From Gemmatimonas sp. (GTDB taxonomy: Bacteria > Gemmatimonadota > Gemmatimonadetes > Gemmatimonadales > Gemmatimonadaceae), in contig JANNVQ010000057.1 in NCBI GenBank assembly GCA_031414535.1, positions 64,001 to 128,000 on the forward strand: 64,000 bases of DNA. Reading direction: 5' to 3'. The notes beneath the pieces were generated by a model. That model was not told where the DNA came from and did not search any database. It saw only the letters and a program-made list of their open reading frames with translations. The stretch's first letter is position 1, and every line of letters begins with the position of its first letter. Positions 19,167-26,060 of the stretch are shown in pieces. Both the position numbers and the translations under genes were made by a program.

Positions 19167-19634
19167 TGCCCCCATGACCCAGCTCGGCCATGTCCTGCTT
19201 GGACGGGAGCCAAGGCCGCGGCTGTCGTCTCAAGGTTGGCAGATTGGGCTTCGAACATGGCCGTACTGCCGAGCATCACCGTTACAGCCGGGCCCATACA
19301 GGCTGAGTTCAGCGCGGACGGAGTGGCAGTCACCGGCAGTGCACAGATGGCGCTTGCGCTGACCCTCAACGGGACGGTCGGGCGGGGCGCAGGGGAACTC
19401 GGGACCCTTTCAGTCGGCGGACTGGTCGGGACAGGATTCGTCGGCGGAATGACTGCAAGTTTCGACGCCAAGTCCAAGAATCTTGAAGGAGTGACGTACA
19501 GCATCGGCATTGGCTTTGCCTTGCCTGTCGCGAAATCGATGGAGTTGTCGGATGCCGGCGCGAAGCTTCTTTCCGGCGCCGGTACGGTGGGTGTTGGACT
19601 GGGCGAAGGAAGAATGAAAGCGAAGAAGCAATGA
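19071..19634 (+). CDS. Orphan Rhs C-terminal toxin cassette E (Gly/hydrophobic-rich, possibly membrane-active)
   Basis: STQLDPIG...DPFGL|CPHDPARPC, then Gly/Val/Ala-rich strands with no obvious catalytic motif. Confidence 0.8.
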   Translation, partial: STQLDPIGLAGGLNAYGFAGGDPINFSDPFGLCPHDPARPCPAWTGAKAAAVVSRLADWASNMAVLPSITVTAGPIQAEFSADGVAVTGSAQMALALTLNGTVGRGAGELGTLSVGGLVGTGFVGGMTASFDAKSKNLEGVTYSIGIGFALPVAKSMELSDAGAKLLSGAGTVGVGLGEGRMKAKKQ

Positions 19635-19918
19635 CCAAGAAATTTCCGTTCAACGACGGCACCGACGACGTGCCTCTGCGGCTCATCGCCACGATTCCAA
19701 TCTGGATGCTGCGCGCAGCGGTGGGCGGCGTAGCTGGTGTCCGGATGTTTGTGCTTGTACTGGCCGTCGATGGGCTGCTGATTTTGGGAACTTGGATAGC
19801 AATCGCGCCATCTGTGCGCTCGAATTCCGAGGTGGGCAATCCCGCCTCAGGAGAGCGGTTCGTACTTTTGCCGCTGGTCTTGGCGGGAGTGTTGACCTTG
19901 TTCGACTTGTTTCCGTGA
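19631..19918 (+). CDS. Putative membrane immunity protein for cassette E
   Basis: ATGA overlap with the toxin stop; 2-3 hydrophobic segments. Confidence 0.65.
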   Translation: MTKKFPFNDGTDDVPLRLIATIPIWMLRAAVGGVAGVRMFVLVLAVDGLLILGTWIAIAPSVRSNSEVGNPASGERFVLLPLVLAGVLTLFDLFP

Positions 19919-19988
19919 CTTTGATGTCTGTCGTCGGTGCACACGCACAGTACCCCAGCGGCACGCCTACTGGCACTCATTAGGATAG

Positions 19989-20084
19989 TTCACGCAGCTT
20001 GACCCGATCGGGCTCGCGGGCGGGCTGAATGCGTACGGATTCGCGGGCGGGGATCCGGTCAATTTCTCGGATCCATTCGGGCTG
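19989..20084 (+). repeat. Rhs core-end repeat, copy F (inverted)
   Basis: First 32 bp are identical to the copy in rhs; the 9 remaining differences are all synonymous. Confidence 0.95.
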
Positions 20085-20543
20085 TGTCCACAAGACGTGA
20101 CGGGAAAGCCATGTCAGAATCCGCTGGGCAATCTGGCGCTGAACGTGAGGCCCGGCATAGGAGGATTCGAGCTGAACTCGCAGCGTACGGCGGGCGTTCA
20201 CGGCGGCATCGACTTACTCGCGCCCAAGGGCAGCGATGTGACGGCCGCTTCTGACGGAGTGTTTGAACGACGAAGCGATCCCAACGGGCTTGGTGATTAC
20301 GCCGTCGTGTGGCACGGAGGGAGCGCAACGGTATACGGCCACCTCTCGGGTTTCGCAGACGGGCTCCGAACGGGCGATCGCGTTCGCGCAGGACAAGTCA
20401 TCGGCAAGACGGGTGACAGCGGGAACGCGAAGGGAACGCCTGACCACCTTCACTTCGAGATTTGGACAGACTTCAAGACGGTTGGTCGAGGTGGGACAGC
20501 CGGCCGACGTGACCCAGAACGTGAACTTCGTAAGGCGCCGTGA
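19989..20543 (+). CDS. Orphan Rhs C-terminal toxin cassette F (M23 family peptidoglycan endopeptidase)
   Basis: FTQLDPIG...DPFGL|CPQD..., with M23 motifs HGGID, YGHL, GQVIGKTGDSGN and HLHFE. An in-frame TAG sits immediately before the repeat. Confidence 0.88.
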   Translation, partial: FTQLDPIGLAGGLNAYGFAGGDPVNFSDPFGLCPQDVTGKPCQNPLGNLALNVRPGIGGFELNSQRTAGVHGGIDLLAPKGSDVTAASDGVFERRSDPNGLGDYAVVWHGGSATVYGHLSGFADGLRTGDRVRAGQVIGKTGDSGNAKGTPDHLHFEIWTDFKTVGRGGTAGRRDPERELRKAP

Positions 20544-21109
20544 AGAACAATCTTACGTTGACTAAGCGAGCAGTTGTGCTTCCTCTGCATTTGCTGTTGA
20601 TGAGCGGAGCCGGTTGCGATAGAGCACCTGCGCCTGCGGCGGCACTGCCGCAGAGAACTGAGTTCGCGGTGCAGTTCGATTCTACCGTCGGTGCGGACTC
20701 CACCGGACTTCGATCCGCGCTCATCGCATTTGGTGACTCGCTCCACCTGACTCACTTTCAGGCAAGCATCAGTCAGTTCGGTGGCGCTCCTACGAGATAC
20801 TTCGCGTTTCTAATTGGTCCTCCGGCGTACAAAAGCGGAAACGTTCAGTTCGCGTTGCTCACTGCGCGCGATGGGGCCTTTGCGGTGAAGGACCTTTTCG
20901 ACACGGGCGTCCCGTCCGGTCCAGTAGGTATCGCACTCGAGGCACTCGCTGACTTCGACTCGGACGGTCTTCCCGATGCGCACTACTGCGACTTTAGTTT
21001 GGCCAGTGACTCCACTCCGGTATCGCGTGTGCTGGGATACGGAGGCGCTGGATGGTATGCTGTTCAAACTTCGAAGGCGGTTCGATGTCGAGCGGACACC
21101 AGTCGCTAA
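20540..21109 (+). CDS. Putative lipoprotein immunity protein for the M23 cassette F
   Basis: GTGA overlap with the toxin stop; signal peptide ending LLMSGAGC. Confidence 0.7.
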   Translation: MKNNLTLTKRAVVLPLHLLLMSGAGCDRAPAPAAALPQRTEFAVQFDSTVGADSTGLRSALIAFGDSLHLTHFQASISQFGGAPTRYFAFLIGPPAYKSGNVQFALLTARDGAFAVKDLFDTGVPSGPVGIALEALADFDSDGLPDAHYCDFSLASDSTPVSRVLGYGGAGWYAVQTSKAVRCRADTSR

Positions 21110-21361
21110 TGCGAGCCGCTGCACTGCCTAACCTTAAGTTCTGCTGCAGCGGCGCCGGCGCTGGCAGCAGCGACTCGGGTTCGGCGGGTCGTCTCGGGTT
21201 CGCTCGCCAACGTGTGCCCCCGCGACAACCCCATTGGTCGGGTCGAATCGGCGCGGGGTTTGCCGGACGCTCGATTGCTCAATCGCGCCCCGCCCCCTCC
21301 GACACACACACAGCGCGTACCGACTCGACTCGCGCAGAAGCGGACCGCCCGCGAGCCGTGC

Positions 21362-21946
21362 TCAGCGCGGGGTCAAACAACGCGCGAGCAAGTCGCTGAC
21401 GCCGAGGACGGGGGCCCATCGATTCAAGACCGTGCGGTCGAGTGCGTCCTCCTGCAGCGCGACAATTGCCGCCACGTCGCGCCACTGGCGCTCCGAGACC
21501 TCGCCCCCCCGGCGGTACCATTCCAGCTTGCGCAACAGTGTGTGCTCGGCGGTGTCGAGCCAGAGCGACCCGGTCGCTGGCGGGGGCACGGGCACCGCCA
21601 CCCGCGTGCGCAGGCGCTCGTGATCAAACGCGTCATCTCCCGCCACGAACACATCAACCTTCACCCCGGCCTGCAGGTGCACGAGGTTGAAGGTTGTGCC
21701 GAGGCGCACTGCGTCGCGCGCAGCGTCCGCGTCCACGTAATAGTCTCGCGCGAGCGCGGCGACGACCCGACTCACGGTGCTGACGCGGAGGTCAGCGACG
21801 AGATCCACATCCAGTGTGGCGCGTGGTTCGCCATGGACCGAGCTCGCGAGCGAGCCGCCAATCACATACGGGACGGCGGCGGCCTCAAGCTGCTGCGCCA
21901 CGTCAAGCGCGACCGCGAGGACGTCGAGTTTGGGCGGCGGAATCAC
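21362..21946 (-). CDS. Nucleotidyltransferase-like protein (TA-like)
   Basis: YVIGGSLASSVHGEPRATLDVD and LLRKLEWYRRGGEVSERQWRDV; GTGA overlap with the upstream small ORF. Confidence 0.75.
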   Translation of the reverse strand: MIPPPKLDVLAVALDVAQQLEAAAVPYVIGGSLASSVHGEPRATLDVDLVADLRVSTVSRVVAALARDYYVDADAARDAVRLGTTFNLVHLQAGVKVDVFVAGDDAFDHERLRTRVAVPVPPPATGSLWLDTAEHTLLRKLEWYRRGGEVSERQWRDVAAIVALQEDALDRTVLNRWAPVLGVSDLLARCLTPR

Positions 21947-22194
21947 CGTGGGGAGCGCGCATACGCGCGCGCCGCGAGTGCGGAGCCGAGCCGGCGCTCG
22001 ATGGCCGCGCGCTCGAGCTCCTCCAGGGCGAGCGTCGGCCGGCGGTGGCGTAACCCCTCGAGTTCCAGCCACAGCACCATCGCCGAGACATCGCGTACCA
22101 GCGCCAGCTTATCGGTCGACGACAGCGCGCGCCACGCAGCTCGCTGGCGCGCAGCGGCGTCTGGAGTGGTGTCGAGGAGGTGGCTGGAGCGCAT
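21943..22194 (-). CDS. Small partner of the nucleotidyltransferase (putative antitoxin)
   Basis: DTTPDAAARQRAAWRALSSTDKL; 83 aa; its stop overlaps the NTase start. Confidence 0.6.
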   Translation of the reverse strand: MRSSHLLDTTPDAAARQRAAWRALSSTDKLALVRDVSAMVLWLELEGLRHRRPTLALEELERAAIERRLGSALAARAYARSPR

Positions 22195-22295
22195 GCTGTA
22201 AAGGTCGCGCAGATGCTGGGGGTCGCGCCACTGGTCTGGGCGGCGGGCGCAATTGCCGTCGGTCGACGCGCGGTTATGATTGGGGAGCGGGCCCA

Positions 22296-22391
22296 TCCAC
22301 GCAGCTTGACCCGATCGGGCTGGCGGGTGGGTTGAACGCGTATGGCTTTGCGGGTGGGGATCCGGTCAATTTCTCCGATCCGTTCGGGTTG
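22296..22391 (+). repeat. Rhs core-end repeat, copy G (inverted)
   Basis: TCCACGCAGCTTGACCCGATCGGGCTGGCGGGTGGGTTGAACGCG... Confidence 0.95.
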
Positions 22392-22865
22392 TGTCCGCCT
22401 GAAGAGACAGGGCGGCCCTGCACTGCGGGCGGTGTCGACTACAGGAGTGTTCGGGGAAAATCGACCGCCGTCCCATCAATGGCGACGTATGTCAGTTCGT
22501 TGGCGCGCGATCTCGGCTATCACATCGTAGTGACGAGCGGAGATCGTGACCGCGTCCCAAGTGGCGGAGCGACTACCAGCAACCATTTGATTCCTTCAAT
22601 GAATCCATCTCGAACAGGAGCGGTCGACTTTAAGGCATACACGCCGAATGGGCAGATGGTGCCGATGGGCAAGCTGTTTAGTGAGTCGCTGGACGCCGCA
22701 TCAACCGAATCCAGTCACGCACGCCTGATTTGGCACGACGTTGGCACAGTGACGGGTACGCAGCACCTGCATGCGGACAAGAGCACCGATGGCCACCGCT
22801 ATGAAGCGGGAGAGAAGAACACGAGGGGCAGAGCTGTTTACCGGCCCGTCGGGGGCAAGCCATGA
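22296..22865 (+). CDS. Orphan Rhs C-terminal toxin cassette G (M15/LAS-type Zn peptidase, cell-wall peptidase-like)
   Basis: STQLDPIG...DPFGL|CPPEETGRPC, then VTSGDR...GGATTSNH...AVD...HLHAD. Confidence 0.8.
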   Translation, partial: STQLDPIGLAGGLNAYGFAGGDPVNFSDPFGLCPPEETGRPCTAGGVDYRSVRGKSTAVPSMATYVSSLARDLGYHIVVTSGDRDRVPSGGATTSNHLIPSMNPSRTGAVDFKAYTPNGQMVPMGKLFSESLDAASTESSHARLIWHDVGTVTGTQHLHADKSTDGHRYEAGEKNTRGRAVYRPVGGKP

Positions 22866-23449
22866 TGCGGAACTCGACACTTGGCATGCTTGTTCTCGGA
22901 GTCTTCTCCCTGATTGGGTGCACAACCAAAGAAGAGCCCGCCAACCGCAGCGGTGCCAGCCAAGAATCTGCCGCGGACTGGATACTCGACTCTGGTCAGT
23001 TTAGGAATCGAACGTCACACCGGGTTGAACCTGTTCCAAGCAGTCTTCCGGAAAACATCTCCGCGCTGGAGGATGTGGATGGTCCCGATGGTACAGAGTT
23101 GTACACCTACATCTTGCTTGGCTCTGATACGGTGGGCGTCTACTTGTGGTCCACAGCACGAAGACTCGAACGACTCCGAATCCTAAGCTCCCGAGTGCAC
23201 ACGCCCAGTGGTGGCCACGTCGGCCTGACCGCTACGGCTCTTGCAGAGAAGGTGGGAGAACTCGAAGTGATAACTACTGAGGAGGGCGTGCTCGTTTGGG
23301 GCACGCGAGATCGCGAGTTCAGCTTCGTACTCGGCGCTGGAACGCAGCCGCGCGATAGCAGCGTTTTGAGGTCTCAAGGCTTCGTTGCGAGCGACACCGT
23401 CCAGATGATTCTTTGGTCGCGCAATCGGGTAGCGCGACAACGCAAGTGA
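22862..23449 (+). CDS. Putative lipoprotein immunity protein for cassette G
   Basis: ATGA overlap with the toxin stop; MMRNSTLGMLVLGVFSLIGC lipobox. Confidence 0.72.
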   Translation: MMRNSTLGMLVLGVFSLIGCTTKEEPANRSGASQESAADWILDSGQFRNRTSHRVEPVPSSLPENISALEDVDGPDGTELYTYILLGSDTVGVYLWSTARRLERLRILSSRVHTPSGGHVGLTATALAEKVGELEVITTEEGVLVWGTRDREFSFVLGAGTQPRDSSVLRSQGFVASDTVQMILWSRNRVARQRK

Positions 23450-23567
23450 TGAGGGTCGATACTAGGCGGCTCACGGTATGAGGGCAGGGAGTTGATCCGT
23501 GAACATGGCGTTAGTGTCGTCGCGTTCCGGGGCAGCACTGAATGTTTTTCCGCGAGTGCCCTGTTGC

Positions 23568-24518
23568 TCACCCCGCGGGATGTGTTAGCAGGTGTACCTT
23601 CTGCAATCGCGCGACCGACACGTGCGTGTAGATCTGCGTGGTCGTCAGTCGCGTATGCCCGAGCAGTACCTGCAAATCGCGAATGTCCGCCCCAGCGTCG
23701 TGCATCAAAGTTGCCATCGTATGGCGAAACACGTGGCAACTGCCTCGTCCACGGATGCCTGCCGCATGCAACCGCGCTTGGCATAGCGCGGTGAGCGTCT
23801 TCGGCGTCAGGCGGCCCCCGTGGCGACCGAGGAACAGCGCGGGCTCATCGACCGACTTCGAGCATCGAATACGAGCCGTCGCCACATAATTCATGACTGC
23901 CACGACAGCACGCTTGCCTACCGGAACAACGCGCGACCTCCCGCCCTTCCCGCGCCGTATCCGTACCAGGCCTTCCTCACCCGCAAAGTCGCACACATCC
24001 AAAGCGCACACCTCCGCGCGGCGCAGCCCGGACGAGTACATCAACTCGAGCATCGCGTGATTGCGCACCCCAATCGCTGACCGTCGCGGCACGGCAACGA
24101 GTACTCGATCCACCTCATTCACCGACAACGTCGCAATTGGCGGACGCTCAGGAATGCGAATCGATGGCAGTTCACTCCAAAGGTCTCCGGCAATCAAGCC
24201 ACCCCGCTGAAGCCAACGAAGAAAGGCGCGAAGCGCACCGACATCCTTAGCAACCGTTGAACGGTCCACCCTGCCGCCGCTTCGCGTCGAGCGAGTCTGA
24301 AGTCGGCCCAACAGAGACTCGATCACTCCCAGGTTAAGCTCGCGCGGAGCCACAACTCCGAGCACCGAGAGCTCTCGGGTGATTCCGCGGAGTTGCACCG
24401 CTCGAGTGCGAACTGTGCTCGCTGCGCTGCCCATCGCCACAAGGTGCGCGAGGAAACGCGGCACTGACTCTTGAAGAGTTGGGTCAGTATCTAAATGTGC
24501 CGCCAACGCGCTGCGCAC
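23568..24518 (-). CDS. XerC/XerD-like tyrosine recombinase
   Basis: Complete catalytic set: SSGLRRAE (R), RGKGG (K), HVFRH (HxxR), LLGH (H) and TQIYT (Y), plus an N-terminal SAM-like core-binding region. Confidence 0.93.
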   Translation of the reverse strand: MRSALAAHLDTDPTLQESVPRFLAHLVAMGSAASTVRTRAVQLRGITRELSVLGVVAPRELNLGVIESLLGRLQTRSTRSGGRVDRSTVAKDVGALRAFLRWLQRGGLIAGDLWSELPSIRIPERPPIATLSVNEVDRVLVAVPRRSAIGVRNHAMLELMYSSGLRRAEVCALDVCDFAGEEGLVRIRRGKGGRSRVVPVGKRAVVAVMNYVATARIRCSKSVDEPALFLGRHGGRLTPKTLTALCQARLHAAGIRGRGSCHVFRHTMATLMHDAGADIRDLQVLLGHTRLTTTQIYTHVSVARLQKVHLLTHPAG

Positions 24519-25546
24519 TATTCCTTACACGGCTCAGCCCGCGCCATCAGCCCGCCCACCAGCGTATCCCCGCCCCGGACAACCACGACGTCACCCAACG
24601 TGGTGACAAGCACCAGCGTGTCTCCGTGTTGCCGGCGAATTTCTGGTGTACTCAGCACACCCACAAGTTCCGGTGGCGCCGCAACACGCCAACAGCCATC
24701 CAACCGCAGCAGCGTCATCGCCCGTGAAGGAGCGGCACTCGGCGCATCTGCCGTCCGCGCAATCGCGCCGCGCGGAGCATCCGCTGCCAAACTCGCGCGA
24801 CGTTGCGTCTCGAGGTTCGAAGCGCGACCCCGCGAGTCCTCGGTAGCACGCGTCCGTTGTTCCTCCACCGAGCGCGTGCCCACGCCTGCACTTCCACCAC
24901 TGCTCGCACCAGCACTTGGCAACGGCTGAGGAGCGGGCGGCAAGGCAGTTGGCACCGACGAAACCGGAGCCGCGGGCAACGTCGGCGCAACCTTTCGTGT
25001 GTCTTGCTCCGGCGGAATTACGGGAGCGGGCGCACTCTGCGTCGCGCCGCGCGTGGCCTCGCCCACGGTACGATCTGCAACGCGCGCGGGTCCTATCGCG
25101 GGGACATTGCTCGGCACTCCAACTGGTGGTTGTTCTTGCTCGCGCGTCGTGGGCGGCGACGACGGCGCGGGCGAATCAATAGAAGCCGCCGGCACAAACG
25201 GCTCCGCGGTCCGCTCACGCAGCACGTACGCAGTCCCCGCCACCAGTACAACCGCCGCCGCAATCCGCATCCACGGCTTTGCCGTAAACCGCTGCGGCGC
25301 ACGAGCAGCCTCAGCCTGCGCACTCGGCACACGCGGCGCAGCCACAGATCCCGCCGGCATCGCCCGCGGCACCGCATCCAACGACTGCACAATGCGCGAG
25401 CTCGCGGCAATCAATCCCCGCGCCTCAGCAACAGCGGCCGCCCACTCGGGATCCGTCGCCACCAACTGATCCAGCCGCGCCGATTCCTCCGGCGTGCACT
25501 CGCCATCCAACCACTGATGGATCAGCCCCTCATCAGGACGCGACAT
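24518..25546 (-). CDS. Anti-sigma factor (N-terminal zf-HC2-like region, one TM helix, Pro/Ala-rich linker)
   Basis: MSRPDEGLIHQWLDGEC...; TM WMRIAAAVVLVAGTAYVL; overlaps the ECF sigma stop. Confidence 0.7.
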   Translation of the reverse strand: MSRPDEGLIHQWLDGECTPEESARLDQLVATDPEWAAAVAEARGLIAASSRIVQSLDAVPRAMPAGSVAAPRVPSAQAEAARAPQRFTAKPWMRIAAAVVLVAGTAYVLRERTAEPFVPAASIDSPAPSSPPTTREQEQPPVGVPSNVPAIGPARVADRTVGEATRGATQSAPAPVIPPEQDTRKVAPTLPAAPVSSVPTALPPAPQPLPSAGASSGGSAGVGTRSVEEQRTRATEDSRGRASNLETQRRASLAADAPRGAIARTADAPSAAPSRAMTLLRLDGCWRVAAPPELVGVLSTPEIRRQHGDTLVLVTTLGDVVVVRGGDTLVGGLMARAEPCKE

Positions 25547-26054
25547 GCGCGCCTCCTCGGCCACCGGCCGCCAAGTCTTCATAGCTCTCCGCCAAGCGGC
25601 GACGCGCCCGCGACAGCGTCGTGCCCACGGAGCTCTTTTCGATTTGCAACACGTCCGCAATCTCTTGATAGTCCAAGCCTTCCTCCTTTAGCAGCAGCGC
25701 CTGACGATCACGCTCCGTGAGCATCGCCAAGGCTTCACGAGCAAAGCGCAGTCGCTCGGCGCGTTCCTGCGTCTGATCTTCTTCCTCAGACTCGTCAGCC
25801 TCGCGCTGCTCCGCCGCGAGCAGTTCCAAGTGCCTCCGATTGCGCGCATCCCGCCGCGCCCCGTCGCGCACCAGGTTGTGCGCCACCGCAAACACCCACG
25901 CCCGCTCGTTCACGATGGCCTCCGCCTGCCTGAGGGCCCGGACGAACGTCTCCTGCGCCACTTCCTCCGCCCAATCGCGGTCGCCCAACCGGCGCGTGAG
26001 ATACCGCACCAGGGTGTCGTGGTAAGTGACGAAGAGACGTTCGGCCTGGTCCAC
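25533..26054 (-). CDS. ECF sigma-70 factor
   Basis: Region 2 AEEVAQETFVRA and region 4 GLDYQEIADVL...VGTTLSRARRRL. Confidence 0.9.
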   Translation of the reverse strand: MDQAERLFVTYHDTLVRYLTRRLGDRDWAEEVAQETFVRALRQAEAIVNERAWVFAVAHNLVRDGARRDARNRRHLELLAAEQREADESEEEDQTQERAERLRFAREALAMLTERDRQALLLKEEGLDYQEIADVLQIEKSSVGTTLSRARRRLAESYEDLAAGGRGGAHVAS

Positions 26055-26060
26055 GCCTGA

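Larger units (their letters stand above)
7817..24518. mobile_element. Rhs polymorphic-toxin island (core, 7 orphan cassettes, TA-like pairs, tyrosine recombinase); boundaries approximate
   Basis: Gene content, and it appears less GC-rich than the flanks by eye. No att duplication was found. Confidence 0.6.

Noticed and set aside
21777..22295. N-terminal extensions of the ORF-track calls 21777-22865 and 18094-18717
   Set aside because: The sequence upstream of the repeat has no Rhs similarity, and for 21777 it is antisense to real genes. The meaningful coding part starts at the repeat.
9400..22391. Recurrent repeat as a CRISPR array
   Set aside because: The copies are ~96 bp, protein-coding, 0.9-5 kb apart and on both strands, and there are no cas genes.
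12724..22865. Diversity-generating retroelement (TR/VR pair)
   Set aside because: There is no reverse transcriptase, and repeat differences are mostly synonymous third-position changes rather than adenine-specific.
8717..24518. Integron (IntI plus attC cassettes)
   Set aside because: No attC-like hairpins were recognised between cassettes. The shared element is an in-frame coding repeat, and no IntI-specific insertion is evident in the recombinase.
7796..24520. attL/attR direct repeats bounding the island
   Set aside because: No convincing duplication was found by eye at either edge, and the tRNA-Phe is ~22 kb away with no integrase beside it.
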